Source: Aureitalea sp. L0-47 | GTDB taxonomy: Bacteria; Bacteroidota; Bacteroidia; Flavobacteriales; Flavobacteriaceae | Length of the DNA: 64,000 bases | Assembly (NCBI RefSeq): GCF_026126405.1 | Contig: NZ_JAFMTQ010000001.1 | Span: 194,610-258,609 of the forward strand | Direction of reading: 5' to 3' | Shown: one piece after another, positions 17,327 to 29,458 of the stretch | Layout of the letters: every line of letters begins with the position of its first letter | Numbering within the stretch: position 1 is the first letter of the stretch | Made by a program: the position numbers and the translations under genes | Notes under the pieces: generated by a model | Seen by the model: the letters and a program-made list of their open reading frames with translations, nothing else | What the model was told of the DNA's origin: nothing | Databases searched by the model: none

Positions 17327-20086
17327 ATGAAGGCAATCATAGCTTTGTTTTGTTTGTGTTTGAGCACTATGGCTTTAGCGCAAACCGATATAAGTGGTAA
17401 GGTAGTGGATGAATCTGCCGAACCTGTTTTAGGAGCTAATGTTATCGTTACAGGAACCGGAACAGGAACAGCAACCGATTTTGATGGGAACTTTACCCTT
17501 AGGGTGGATCAAGCACCACCTTTCTCAGTGCAAATCTCCAGCATTGGATTTGTAACTCAAACTGTTGAAGTGACAACAAATAATCAGGTAATAAACATTA
17601 CCCTTGCGGAAGGTTCTGAATTAGATGAGGTAATTATTTCCGCTTCCAGAACTCCGGAACGAATTTTTGAGTCTCCGGTAACTGTAGAAAGATTCGATAT
17701 TCAGGACATAAAATACGCGCCGAATGCAGACTTCTACGATGGGCTTGAGAACCTGAAAGGAGTTGATATCAACACAAACAGTTTAACATTTAAGTCCATT
17801 AACACCCGCGGTTTCGCCACATTTGCCAACGAACGTTTCGTACAGTTGGTTGACGGGATGGACAATAGTTCACCCGCCTTGAACTTTGTTCTTGGTAACC
17901 TGCTTGGAATGACCGAGTTGGATGTGAATAGCATTGAACTGCTGCCCGGAGCGTCTTCAGCATTATATGGTGCAAACGCTTTCAACGGTATTCTTTTCAT
18001 GACGAGTAAGAACCCGTTCGATCACCAGGGGATTAGCGCCTACTACAAGAGAGGTATTACCTCCCAGGAGGCAGCCGGAGAGAATGATTTCTACGATATG
18101 GGTTTCAGAGCTGCGCATGCCTTCAGTGATAAATTCGCGGCAAAGGTCAACCTCTCTATTTTGAATGGGACCGACTGGTTTGCTGTAAACGACATGGATG
18201 TTTTAAACCCCGGAGGAACTCGCGATGATATTAACTACGACGGGTTGAATGTCTACGGAGATGAGGTTAGTACAAACATTCGCGGCGTGGGAGTCGCGCT
18301 GGCAAATCAAGGATTGATTCCTGCTGGAGCTGAGAATCTTCTTCCGAATGAGGACGTAAGTAGAACAGGATATGACGAAAGAGACCTTACTAACTACAAT
18401 GCCGAAAGCGTAAAATTCGATGCTGCTCTGCATTTTCGCCCTTGGGCAGATGACTTTGAAGTTATATACGTAGGGAAAGTAGGTGTAGGTAGTACAATTT
18501 ACCAGGGTGCCAACCGGTATAACATTAGAAACTTCTTTCTTCAGCAGCACAAACTGGAAGTAAAGAATGACAACTTCTTTGTTAGAGGTTATGTTACCGA
18601 TGAAGACGCAGGAGACTCTTACGATATGCGTTTTACAGGCATTAACATTAACAATTCTTGGAAAGATAATAATACTTGGTTCGGTGAGTATGCAGGAGCA
18701 TATATCCAGGCTGCATTGGGCGGAGCTACTTCTGAACAAGCACATGTGATCGGAAGACAAACGGCAGATACGGGTAGACTGATTCCGGGAACCCCAGAAT
18801 TCCAGGCCGCTTTCGATAAGGTGACTAATGATTCTGATCTTATATCAGGGTCAAAGTTTAGGGATGAATCTCAATTATATCACGCAGATGCCAATTACAA
18901 TTTCAGTCATATGCTGAATGGTGTAGCCGATGTTCAAGTTGGGGGATCTTATCGCCAATACCGACTTAATTCTTCGGGTACCATTTACACCGATTTCGAT
19001 GGTCCTATCAGTTATTCAGAGGTAGGTGCTTATACTCAGATTCAGAAGAAATTAGTAGACGACCGTTTGAAATTAACGGGTTCTATTCGTTATGATAAAT
19101 CCGAATTATTCGATGGTCAGTTCACACCAAGATTATCGGTTGGGTTTACTGCAGGCGAAAAGAGAAATCACAACTTCCGCGTATCCTGGCAGACTGCTTT
19201 CCGTAACCCAACTACTCAGGATTTGTTTATCGGACTTAATGTAGGGCGAGCTATTTTAGTTGGTTCTGCAGAAGAAAATCTCGACAGAGATATCCGAACT
19301 TTCCCGCTTAGTGGTGGTGGCCAGAACGTAACAGGAGCTACTACTTCTACAATCACAGCCAGGGATGCATACACCAACTCCTTTACAGTTAGTTCTGTTT
19401 TGGCAGGTGCACCTGAACGAGCTAACATCAACCTGGTTGAGCCGGAAGAGGCAGACGTATACGAAGTAGGATACCGTGGTAAGATATTTGACTTCATTAT
19501 TGATGCCAGTGCATATTACAGTCAGTATACCAATTTCATTTCGAATGAGAACGTGATCGTACCACTCTACGGAACAGTAGGAGATAATTCTTTATCGCTA
19601 CTGGCGCTTCAAAATGGAGATACCGAGGTATATCAAACATATACGAATTCGGATGTCGATATTAAATCATATGGTGCTTCTGTTTCAGTTAGCACGCGTA
19701 TCGCAAAGAAGGTTAGCGTGAATGCAAATTATACCTTTGCAGACCAGGATTACGATCGGGACGCGAACCCTGATTTCAGGACGAATTTCAACACACCTAT
19801 GCACAAGGCAAAAGCTGGTTTCCGTGTGACGGACCTCTTCGAGGATTTCGGATTTGGAGCAAATTATCGCTGGAGTGACGAATACTTCTGGCAGGCCGGA
19901 TTTGGTGATGGTATCGTTCCATCCTTCTCGGTGTTGGATGCCCAGATAAATTATAAGATTCCGAAGTGGAAGACCATGATCAAGGTAGGAGCAAGTAACG
20001 TATTGAACGAGGAATACTTCACTGCCTTCGGTACAGGAAACATTGGAGCACAATACTATGCTTCCCTAATCATTAACAACCTTTAA
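17327..20086 (+). CDS. TonB-dependent outer membrane receptor with carboxypeptidase-regulatory-like N-domain
   Basis: Signal peptide; CarbopepD_reg-like DISGKVVDE...GANV; plug domain; ~919 aa beta-barrel. Confidence 0.85.
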   Translation: MKAIIALFCLCLSTMALAQTDISGKVVDESAEPVLGANVIVTGTGTGTATDFDGNFTLRVDQAPPFSVQISSIGFVTQTVEVTTNNQVINITLAEGSELDEVIISASRTPERIFESPVTVERFDIQDIKYAPNADFYDGLENLKGVDINTNSLTFKSINTRGFATFANERFVQLVDGMDNSSPALNFVLGNLLGMTELDVNSIELLPGASSALYGANAFNGILFMTSKNPFDHQGISAYYKRGITSQEAAGENDFYDMGFRAAHAFSDKFAAKVNLSILNGTDWFAVNDMDVLNPGGTRDDINYDGLNVYGDEVSTNIRGVGVALANQGLIPAGAENLLPNEDVSRTGYDERDLTNYNAESVKFDAALHFRPWADDFEVIYVGKVGVGSTIYQGANRYNIRNFFLQQHKLEVKNDNFFVRGYVTDEDAGDSYDMRFTGININNSWKDNNTWFGEYAGAYIQAALGGATSEQAHVIGRQTADTGRLIPGTPEFQAAFDKVTNDSDLISGSKFRDESQLYHADANYNFSHMLNGVADVQVGGSYRQYRLNSSGTIYTDFDGPISYSEVGAYTQIQKKLVDDRLKLTGSIRYDKSELFDGQFTPRLSVGFTAGEKRNHNFRVSWQTAFRNPTTQDLFIGLNVGRAILVGSAEENLDRDIRTFPLSGGGQNVTGATTSTITARDAYTNSFTVSSVLAGAPERANINLVEPEEADVYEVGYRGKIFDFIIDASAYYSQYTNFISNENVIVPLYGTVGDNSLSLLALQNGDTEVYQTYTNSDVDIKSYGASVSVSTRIAKKVSVNANYTFADQDYDRDANPDFRTNFNTPMHKAKAGFRVTDLFEDFGFGANYRWSDEYFWQAGFGDGIVPSFSVLDAQINYKIPKWKTMIKVGASNVLNEEYFTAFGTGNIGAQYYASLIINNL

Positions 20087-20096
20087 AATTTGCGGT

Positions 20097-21599
20097 ATGA
20101 AAAGTATATTTAAGAACAAATATTTTCTGGCGATAGCTGCAGGGGCTTTCCTCTTCGCCAGTTGTGAGAATGATGACATTCCGGTTGTTGAAGAAGTTCC
20201 GGATATTCCACTTCAGGCAGGTTCTGCTAACGTAGCTAATTATGTGGCCATTGGGAATTCCCTAACCGCAGGACTTACTGACGGGGCATTGTTTATACTT
20301 GCTCAGGAAAATTCATTTCCAAATCTATTAGCTCAGAAATTTTCCATGATTGGCGGTGGTGATTTTACGCAGCCATTGACAAATGATAATGTTGGTGGGC
20401 TATTGTTAGGAGGTGTACAGATTCAGAACCCACGCCTGTATTTCGATGGTTCAGGGCCAGCAGTAATAAATCAAACACCAACAACAGAAGTTTCGAATAT
20501 CCAACCCGGACCTTATAACAACATGGGTGTCCCGGGAGCCAAGAGTTACCATTTACTGGCTAACGGTTATGGAAATATAGGAGGAGTTGCAGCAGGATTA
20601 GCTAATCCGTATTATGCTCGAATGGCTTCCAGTCCAAATGCTTCGATGCTGGAGGATGCGGTGGCGCAAAATCCTACATTCTATTCATTATGGATAGGAA
20701 GTAATGATGTATTGTCATTTGCTACTTCTGGTGGAGCTGGAGTTAATCAAACCGGAAACCCGGATCCTACAACCTACGGGTCTACCGATATTACGGATCC
20801 GACAGCTTTTGCGGGGATTTATAACACTATTCTTGCTGCCTTAGCAGGTAATGGTTCGCAGGGTGTTGTCGCAAACATTCCTTATGTATTCACAATTCCC
20901 TTTTTCACAACGGTCCCATATAACCCGGTACCTATAGATGCTGCAACAGCCGCCCTGGTAAATGCCGGATATGCGCCATATAATGGTGGATTACAGCAGG
21001 CTTTGGCAGCTGGGTTAATAACCCCCGAAGAAGCCGCAGCCAGAACTGTAACTTTTGTTGAAGGTCAGAATGCGGTGGTAATCGAAGATGAATATCTAAC
21101 CGATCTATCTGCTTTAGGATTGCCTTCTTATCGACAAGCTACACAGTCTGATTTACCAACTCTGCTAAGTGCTTCCTTTATCGGAACGCTGGTTAACAAC
21201 GATCCTACATTGATCAATGGAGTTACCGTTCCGTTGACCGATCAATGGATTTTAACAGTGGACGAGGTTGAAGAAGTAACTGTGGCAACAGATGCGTATA
21301 ACGCGATTATCGCTCAGGCCGCAAGTGATAACGGTGCCATTTTGATTGATGCTAATGGGTTTTTACAGCAAATATTCGATACAGGCGTCCCATTCGATGA
21401 GTTCAATTTGAATGGCAGCTTGGTGTTTGGAGGCACATTCTCTTTAGACGGAGTTCATCCAACGGCGCGAGGAAATGCATATATTGCCAATCAGATATTA
21501 TTGGCAATGGACGAGGTTCTGGGAACAAATTTCCAGGAGGCCGGCGAATTACTTAAGGCAGCGGATTTCACAACTTTGTATCCTGAAGTATTACCCTAA
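20097..21599 (+). CDS. SGNH/GDSL-hydrolase-like lipoprotein
   Basis: Lipobox LFASCEND. Block I VAIGNSLTAG and block V DGVHPT motifs. Starts 10 nt after the receptor stop codon. Confidence 0.6.
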   Translation: MKSIFKNKYFLAIAAGAFLFASCENDDIPVVEEVPDIPLQAGSANVANYVAIGNSLTAGLTDGALFILAQENSFPNLLAQKFSMIGGGDFTQPLTNDNVGGLLLGGVQIQNPRLYFDGSGPAVINQTPTTEVSNIQPGPYNNMGVPGAKSYHLLANGYGNIGGVAAGLANPYYARMASSPNASMLEDAVAQNPTFYSLWIGSNDVLSFATSGGAGVNQTGNPDPTTYGSTDITDPTAFAGIYNTILAALAGNGSQGVVANIPYVFTIPFFTTVPYNPVPIDAATAALVNAGYAPYNGGLQQALAAGLITPEEAAARTVTFVEGQNAVVIEDEYLTDLSALGLPSYRQATQSDLPTLLSASFIGTLVNNDPTLINGVTVPLTDQWILTVDEVEEVTVATDAYNAIIAQAASDNGAILIDANGFLQQIFDTGVPFDEFNLNGSLVFGGTFSLDGVHPTARGNAYIANQILLAMDEVLGTNFQEAGELLKAADFTTLYPEVLP

Positions 21600-21625
21600 G
21601 TAATTGTAAACAGAAATAATAAAGA

Positions 21626-21662
21626 ACCCTTTCGAACTATATTCGAAAGGGTTCTTTAATTA
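21626..21662. terminator. Bidirectional rho-independent terminator hairpin
   Basis: Near-perfect 13-bp inverted repeat (agaaccctttcga ... tcgaaagggttct) with A/T runs on both flanks. Confidence 0.7.
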
Positions 21663-21772
21663 GGGGCATGCAACATTTGTTATCAGGCAATTTCGGCAAA
21701 GAAGACATTTATATTGAGAGTTGAATCTTAAAAAATTAGCAGAATGGATTGCGTATTTCACACAGAAAAAAC

Positions 21773-21780
21773 TATCTTTG
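21773..21780 (+). promoter_or_regulatory. Bacteroidetes-type -7 promoter element (TAnnTTTG) upstream of atpD
   Basis: TATCTTTG lies 62 nt upstream of the atpD start. Confidence 0.35.
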
Positions 21781-21838
21781 CACCGTTAAAAAACAGGGTG
21801 TTAGGAACACTACTTGATAATTAAAAATAAATCCTTAG

Positions 21839-23347
<1,509 letters not shown>

Positions 23348-23357
23348 TTGACTGCCT

Positions 23358-23636
23358 ATGTATCTTGAAATAGTAACACCAGAAGCATCATTGGTATCCG
23401 GAGAAGTTGAATCGGTAACGGTTCCCGGAGTACAAGGGCCATTTCAAATGCTGAAAAATCACGCCCCTATTGTTTCATTACTGGACGCCGGGAAAGTGTT
23501 GTTCAGAGGGAACCCTACCATTGCTGAAGGATATGAGAATAAATTCACTAAAGAACCCGATGGAAAATGGTCTATGGAGATCAATAGCGGGACGGTAGAA
23601 TTGAACAATAATAAGATCATAGTACTGGCAGACTAG
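23358..23636 (+). CDS. atpC: F0F1 ATP synthase epsilon subunit
   Basis: Follows atpD. MYLEIVTPE...VPGVQGPFQML. Confidence 0.85.
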   Translation: MYLEIVTPEASLVSGEVESVTVPGVQGPFQMLKNHAPIVSLLDAGKVLFRGNPTIAEGYENKFTKEPDGKWSMEINSGTVELNNNKIIVLAD

Positions 23637-23659
23637 CCCGTACCTAACATCAACATGCG

Positions 23660-23695
23660 AATCCCAAATTCCAAAAGGAGTTTGGGATTTTTCTT
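23660..23695. terminator. Rho-independent terminator between atpC and acr3 (convergent)
   Basis: aatcccaaa...tttgggatt hairpin followed by a T-run. Confidence 0.6.
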
Positions 23696-23747
23696 TGTTA
23701 TTATTCTTTGAGAAGCTGGCGATCCGTATAATACGGAGTTATTGAAC

Positions 23748-24806
23748 TTATGATTTGGTGGGCTGGGATTTTTTGTAGTACTTCTTCCTCAACCAAAAAG
23801 CAACCTGCACCAGTAAAATTAGAGCTGGAACCTCTACTAGGGGTCCGATGACACCGGCAAAAGCCTGGCCGGAATTCAACCCGAACACGGCGATAGCAAC
23901 CGCAATGGCGAGTTCGAAATTGTTCCCTGCCGCGGTGAATGAGATAGCTGCATTTTTATCGTAATCTGCTCCCATGGCTCGGCTGATAAAAAATCCTATG
24001 AGAAACATTAAGGCAAAATAGATCAGTAACGGAATCGCAATAATAACTACATCAAAGGGGATCTCTACGATCATTTCTCCCTTCAGTGAGAACATTACAA
24101 TAATGGTAAACAAAAGTGCGATTAAGGTCAGAGGAGATATCTTCGGAATAAAAACCTTGGTATACCATTCCTCTCCGTACATTTTTACAAGGATGAACCT
24201 GCTTAGAATTCCCATCAGAAAAGGAATTCCAAGATAAATGGCCACACTTTCGGCTATGGTTGCAATAGAAATATCCACAATAGCTCCTTCAAACCCGAAA
24301 TATGGAGGAAGTACAGTAATAAATATCCAGGCATAGAAGCTATAGCCAACTACCTGGAAGATGCTGTTAAGAGCGACTAATCCCGCCCCGTATTCGCTGC
24401 TACCTTCCGCCAGGTCATTCCAAACCAATACCATCGCGATGCATCTCGCCAGCCCTATAAGAATAAGCCCAACCATATATTCCGGGTAGTCCCTGAGAAA
24501 AGTTATTGCCAGGAAGAACATTAGAACAGGTCCGATGATCCAATTAAGCAGCAAAGAGACCGAGAGTATCTTCACATTCATAAACACTTTCGGGAGGAGT
24601 GCATAATTTACCTTAGCCAAGGGCGGATACATCATTAATATAAGCCCAATAGCAATGGGAATATTGGTAGTGCCACTGCTCATGGAATCTACAATTGCCG
24701 GAAACGAAGGTGCGAAATATCCGATCCCTACACCAATAGCCATTGCGATAAATATCCAAAGCGTTAGATAGTTGTCCAGGAAGCTTAATTTTTTCTTTTT
24801 GGTCAT
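23748..24806 (-). CDS. acr3: Arsenite efflux transporter, ACR3 family
   Basis: About 10 TM helices with an N-terminal LSFLDRYLTLWIF-like motif characteristic of ACR3. Confidence 0.85.
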   Translation of the reverse strand: MTKKKKLSFLDNYLTLWIFIAMAIGVGIGYFAPSFPAIVDSMSSGTTNIPIAIGLILMMYPPLAKVNYALLPKVFMNVKILSVSLLLNWIIGPVLMFFLAITFLRDYPEYMVGLILIGLARCIAMVLVWNDLAEGSSEYGAGLVALNSIFQVVGYSFYAWIFITVLPPYFGFEGAIVDISIATIAESVAIYLGIPFLMGILSRFILVKMYGEEWYTKVFIPKISPLTLIALLFTIIVMFSLKGEMIVEIPFDVVIIAIPLLIYFALMFLIGFFISRAMGADYDKNAAISFTAAGNNFELAIAVAIAVFGLNSGQAFAGVIGPLVEVPALILLVQVAFWLRKKYYKKSQPTKS

Positions 24807-24826
24807 TTTTGGTCAGTTATTTAATC

Positions 24827-25207
24827 TTAACAACAATCATTTTCGGGAGCTACATTCCTATCCAAAAACCCGGACATCACCTCCTTTATTAGTTCCCACT
24901 TTTCATGATCGATACAATAGCAAACACTGGTTCCATCGACATTCCCCTTGATCAGTCCAAGTTTCTTTAACTCTTTCAAATGCTGGGAAACAGTGGCTTG
25001 CGCCAACCCGATTTCTTCAACCAGGTCTCCGCAAAAACAGTTTTCAATTCTAAATAGATATTGAAGGATGGCAATTCTTGCCGGGTGCCCCAGGGCTTTA
25101 CCTATTAAGGCAATCCGGTTCTGTTCAGAAGTGAATATTTCGGTCTTGGTTAATCCCATTGAAATGAAATTTATCGCAATATTACGATTAAAGATCGTAA
25201 CGAACAT
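24827..25207 (-). CDS. arsR: ArsR/SmtB-family metalloregulator
   Basis: Winged HTH (HPARIAILQYL ... ATVSQHLKELKKLGLI) and a CFCGD metal-binding Cys pair. Confidence 0.85.
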   Translation of the reverse strand: MFVTIFNRNIAINFISMGLTKTEIFTSEQNRIALIGKALGHPARIAILQYLFRIENCFCGDLVEEIGLAQATVSQHLKELKKLGLIKGNVDGTSVCYCIDHEKWELIKEVMSGFLDRNVAPENDCC

Positions 25208-25232
25208 TAAGGATTTGTTATGTATTGCCTAA

Positions 25233-25772
25233 TTATTTATCGGCTTCCAGTTTTATCAATACCCAGCGACGATCGTCGGATTCGTATTCGCAGATAAGTT
25301 TGAATCCGATGGCATAGTGAGCATTAACGGATGTTGTATTTTTGAGATCTACTTCGGTGATTATAGTTGAAAATTCCGGCTGAATACCAAGAAGCATATG
25401 ATCGTATAATTTCCTGAATATTCCTTGTCCCCGATAATCCCTGGAGATACAGACCTGTCCCATAACCATGTAGTCATCGTTGGGATAATACTTCCTTATC
25501 TGTTCGAACATGGGTCGCAGAATTTCTATTTCATTGCCGAATTTAGGGTGCATGCACAAACAGTAGCCAACTACTTCATTATAGCTAACAGCAATGAAAT
25601 GCGGACAGGCAGTATTCATTTCGGTAAGTAGTTCCAGATCGTGCTTAACTGTTACGAATCCTTCCTTTCTTTTTGTTTCCCAAGAGATATTTTCCGGTAA
25701 ATTTTCCTGCTGCAACAACAGTATTTGTGCCAGTTCATCTGGGTTATCAACTCTTTTTATATGAACCATATT
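25233..25772 (-). CDS. GNAT-family N-acetyltransferase, first gene of the arsR-acr3 module (ArsN-like position)
   Basis: GNAT motif A RGQGIFRKLY. Same strand as arsR and immediately upstream of it. Start taken at MVHIKRV; the ORF track offers an upstream ATG at 25841. Confidence 0.6.
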   Translation of the reverse strand, partial: NMVHIKRVDNPDELAQILLLQQENLPENISWETKRKEGFVTVKHDLELLTEMNTACPHFIAVSYNEVVGYCLCMHPKFGNEIEILRPMFEQIRKYYPNDDYMVMGQVCISRDYRGQGIFRKLYDHMLLGIQPEFSTIITEVDLKNTTSVNAHYAIGFKLICEYESDDRRWVLIKLEADK

Positions 25773-25913
25773 AAAAAGATAAGAAAACAGATGGTTATAT
25801 CTCAAATTTAAGTGCAATAGCCCGTACTTACGATTTCCCAATTAGCTTAATGAATGTTTCGAGTAATCGAATATTATCATTAATTTCTAATATGGAGATT
25901 GTATTTTTGACCT

Positions 25914-27059
25914 ATGGCGGAATTCCCGAAAAAATTATTGCAAAAACTGCAGCAGAGAAAAGAGGATAATGCGCTTCGGCATTTGTCGGTGCCCGGGAAA
26001 GGAGTTGATTTCTCTTCAAACGATTACCTGGGATTCAGCAGGAATCCTGATATCGCGAAGAGGGCCAATGAAATCTTTAGTTCCTATACCGAAGAAACTT
26101 CAGGAGCAACAGGTTCCCGTCTTTTAACGGGAAATAGTACGCTCTACAACGAAACAGAGCAGTATATTGCGGAGTTTCATTTCTCTCCTGCTGCCTTGAT
26201 CTTTAATAGTGGTTATGCTGCCAACATCGGTTTATTGGGGAGTGTTCCTCAGAGAGGAGATTATATCTTATACGATGAATTGGTTCATGCTTCCATTCGG
26301 GAAGGGATTTCACTGTCTAACGCCAAGGCTTTTAAATTCCCGCATAATAACCTGGAGTCATTAGAAAACCAGATAGATCGATTGGAAAGGTCTCCGGATT
26401 GTGAGGTTTATGTTGTTACCGAATCTGTCTTTTCCATGGACGGTGACACCCCCGATTTGAAGAGGATATCATCACTGTGTAAAAGGCTGAATTGTCGGTT
26501 GATCGTAGACGAAGCCCACGCCATTGGAATTTCGCAAAGGGGTTTGGTTGTGGATACGGGAATAGAAAACGATGTATTCGCAAGGGTTGTGACCTTTGGA
26601 AAAGCCCTGGGATGCCACGGTGCGGCGGTATTGTGTTCAGAAATATTGAATTCCTACCTGGTGAATTTTGCAAGGAGTTTTATTTATACTACGGGATTAC
26701 CGCCCCATACATTGGCTACCGTAAAATCGGCATATGAATACCTTGATTCCGACTCCGGGATAGAAGAGATAGAAATTCTTAAAAGTAATATAGCAATATT
26801 ACGAAGATATGCTTATAAATATGGACTTAGGGAAATGTTCTTACCCAGTGCAAGTGCCATACATTCTATCGTCATACCAGGAAACGACGAAGTAAAGTCA
26901 TTTTCTGAGAAACTTATGGAAATGGGCTTCGATATAAGACCAATTCTTTCGCCTACAGTACCTAAAGGAAAAGAACGATTGCGAATCTGTCTGCATTCTT
27001 TCAACACTGAAAAAGAAATTGAACAGGTGATGCAACGAATAGCTATTTTTACATCATGA
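25914..27059 (+). CDS. bioF: 8-amino-7-oxononanoate synthase
   Basis: Class-II PLP aminotransferase. The conserved region includes the PLP-lysine context SMDGD. Overlaps bioD by 4 nt. Confidence 0.85.
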   Translation: MAEFPKKLLQKLQQRKEDNALRHLSVPGKGVDFSSNDYLGFSRNPDIAKRANEIFSSYTEETSGATGSRLLTGNSTLYNETEQYIAEFHFSPAALIFNSGYAANIGLLGSVPQRGDYILYDELVHASIREGISLSNAKAFKFPHNNLESLENQIDRLERSPDCEVYVVTESVFSMDGDTPDLKRISSLCKRLNCRLIVDEAHAIGISQRGLVVDTGIENDVFARVVTFGKALGCHGAAVLCSEILNSYLVNFARSFIYTTGLPPHTLATVKSAYEYLDSDSGIEEIEILKSNIAILRRYAYKYGLREMFLPSASAIHSIVIPGNDEVKSFSEKLMEMGFDIRPILSPTVPKGKERLRICLHSFNTEKEIEQVMQRIAIFTS

Positions 27060-27685
27060 GTGACACCTATTTCGTAACTGGAATATCGACGGAAGTTGGA
27101 AAAACGGTGGTTTCGGCCATACTTACCGAAGCACTTGAAGCCGACTATTGGAAACCTATCCAGGCAGGCGAATTGGAGAATTCGGATGCCATGAAAGTTC
27201 AAAAATGGGTATCCAATTCGAAGTCGGTGTTCCACGACAACGCCTTCGCCCTCTCCGCTCCGATGAGTCCACATGCAGCTGCGGAGATCGATGAAGTAAA
27301 GATCCTTTCAGAAAAAATAATTCGTCCGAAAACAAAGAATACCCTGGTTATCGAAGGAGCTGGCGGACTATTGGTGCCTATCAATTCAAGAGAAACCATT
27401 TTAGACCTAATAGAGACTACAGATAAGGTCATCGTAGTTTCTCGTCATTACCTGGGAAGTATTAATCATACACTACTGACATTGGAGACATTGAAAAACC
27501 ACGGTTTGAATATTTGTGGAATCATTTTCAGTGGGAATGAGCATCCTTCAACCGAGTCAATAATTTCCGAAATGGGAGGAGTACCCATCCTGGGCAGAGT
27601 TGATGAAGAACCCTATTTCGATGCGAATGTGATAAAAGAATACGCAGAAGTATTCAGAAAGAAACTAATTTCCGAAAGCAATTGA
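27056..27685 (+). CDS. bioD: Dethiobiotin synthetase
   Basis: P-loop GISTEVGKT. Length 209 aa. Confidence 0.85.
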   Translation: MSDTYFVTGISTEVGKTVVSAILTEALEADYWKPIQAGELENSDAMKVQKWVSNSKSVFHDNAFALSAPMSPHAAAEIDEVKILSEKIIRPKTKNTLVIEGAGGLLVPINSRETILDLIETTDKVIVVSRHYLGSINHTLLTLETLKNHGLNICGIIFSGNEHPSTESIISEMGGVPILGRVDEEPYFDANVIKEYAEVFRKKLISESN

Positions 27686-28950
27686 GCCTTTCTCAAAGAG
27701 ACATAAAAAATATCTGGCACCCGCTTACCCAGCATAAGACGGCTACTGCCCCCATTGGGATAGTTAAGGCCGCAGGGGCAGTGTTACACGACGAAGAGGG
27801 CAAGGAGTATATCGATGGTATCGCTTCCTGGTATACTGCCATGTATGGACATTGTAACGAGTACATCGTAGAAGCGGTGACGAGACAAATGAAACAACTG
27901 GACCAGATCGTTTTCACTGGTTTTACCCATGAGGCAGCGGTTACCTTAGGCGAAAAACTGCTTGAGATACTTCCCGCAAACCAGTCCAGGATATTCTTTA
28001 ATGACAATGGATCAACGGCGGTGGAGGCAGCTATCAAGATGGCGTTTCAGTTTCATTTTAACAAGGGGGAGAAACGAGATACTATCATAGCCTTCGAAGA
28101 GGGGTTTCATGGGGATACATTTGGCGCGATGAGCGCTTCAGGGCTTTCGGTTTATAATGGCCCCTTCGAAGATTTCTTTCTGAAGGTAGAACGAATTCCC
28201 GCACCACAGGAAGACAATCTCGACGAAGTTCTGGAAAAACTAAAAGCGATAATCTCAAATAACAAATGCGCAGCTTTTCTCTATGAACCCCTGGTTCAGG
28301 GAGCTGCCGGTATGAAGTTTCATTCGCCTGAAGGGCTTAATGCAATTCATAAGGTGTGCAGGGAACATGGTATTCTTTGCATCGCCGATGAGGTTATGAC
28401 CGGTTTCGGTAAAACAGGAATGAATTTCGCTTCGGAATATGTAGCGACAAAACCCGATATAATTTGTTTGAGCAAGGCGCTTACCGCGGGTCTCGTTCCT
28501 ATGGGAATAACAAGTTGTTCACAGCAGGTTTATGAAGCTTTTTTGGATGATGATATTGCCAGGGGCTTTTTTCATGCACATACCTACAGTGCGAATCCGC
28601 CTGCCTGTGCTGCTGCCATTGCGGGTATCGAACTACTTACTTCAGAAGAAATTCAGAAATCCATCCGTCGAATTGAAACCAATCACAAACAATTTGCAGC
28701 TTCTATTCGGGATCATAAGAAGGTGAGGGGTGTTAGAACGCTGGGTGTTATACTCGCGGTCGACATTAATGCAGATATGTCGCGCTATGGTTCACTTCGG
28801 AACAAATTATTCGAATTTTTTATGGAACGCGGCATCTTTCTCCGGCCCCTGGGAAACACCATTTATGTGCTACCGCCCTTTGTGATCAATGATGGACAAC
28901 TTCAGAAAATATACAAAGCCATAGAAGAAAGCCTGGTTCTATTCGATTAG
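27682..28950 (+). CDS. bioA: Adenosylmethionine-8-amino-7-oxononanoate aminotransferase
   Basis: Class-III aminotransferase; DEVMTGFGKTG contains the PLP-lysine motif. Confidence 0.85.
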   Translation: MSLSQRDIKNIWHPLTQHKTATAPIGIVKAAGAVLHDEEGKEYIDGIASWYTAMYGHCNEYIVEAVTRQMKQLDQIVFTGFTHEAAVTLGEKLLEILPANQSRIFFNDNGSTAVEAAIKMAFQFHFNKGEKRDTIIAFEEGFHGDTFGAMSASGLSVYNGPFEDFFLKVERIPAPQEDNLDEVLEKLKAIISNNKCAAFLYEPLVQGAAGMKFHSPEGLNAIHKVCREHGILCIADEVMTGFGKTGMNFASEYVATKPDIICLSKALTAGLVPMGITSCSQQVYEAFLDDDIARGFFHAHTYSANPPACAAAIAGIELLTSEEIQKSIRRIETNHKQFAASIRDHKKVRGVRTLGVILAVDINADMSRYGSLRNKLFEFFMERGIFLRPLGNTIYVLPPFVINDGQLQKIYKAIEESLVLFD

Positions 28951-29394
28951 TTCATCATTTGCCCGAAGCTGATTATTTGCCTGTAGAAGGTCGATCACCT
29001 GGTCGCTGTCTTTTATAAATACCTCCATGCGATCGTACTTCCAGTTGCCTTCAACGCCTTCACCTGAAACATAGATGGTAGCAGACGCATTAGGTCCTTT
29101 GATAGGAATACTCAATTGAGCCTCACCAAAGCCTCCGGAATAGTTTATGCTCCCGCCAGCCATACCATCGGTCTCGATGGGTTCACCAAGTATTTCAATA
29201 ACCTCGGTATTACTCGAAGCCTCCGTTAAGGCGTCTTCATAGGCCTGGGAGTCTGACATTAGGCTGGTAACTCCCCAGATTATGGATCCGGCAAACGCTA
29301 CAATTAAAATAATAATAAGCAAGCATCCGCCCGTAGGGACTACCCATTTCCAATTTCTTTTGAACCAACTTCCGCGTGGGATCTCTTCTTCCAT
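28939..29394 (-). CDS. Hypothetical single-pass membrane protein (Coa1-like)
   Basis: N-terminal TM anchor followed by a soluble domain. Convergent with bioA and overlaps its end. Confidence 0.4.
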   Translation of the reverse strand: MEEEIPRGSWFKRNWKWVVPTGGCLLIIILIVAFAGSIIWGVTSLMSDSQAYEDALTEASSNTEVIEILGEPIETDGMAGGSINYSGGFGEAQLSIPIKGPNASATIYVSGEGVEGNWKYDRMEVFIKDSDQVIDLLQANNQLRANDELIE

Positions 29395-29458
29395 TTTATT
29401 TATTTATCAGTGGTTTTAATCTACCCGAAGGTTTATTTTTGCTTTAAATTAATAAAAA

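Noticed and set aside
18203-18760. 185-aa minus-strand ORF inside the TonB-dependent receptor gene
   Set aside because: Fully antisense to a confidently identified 919-aa receptor gene. No start context or domain.
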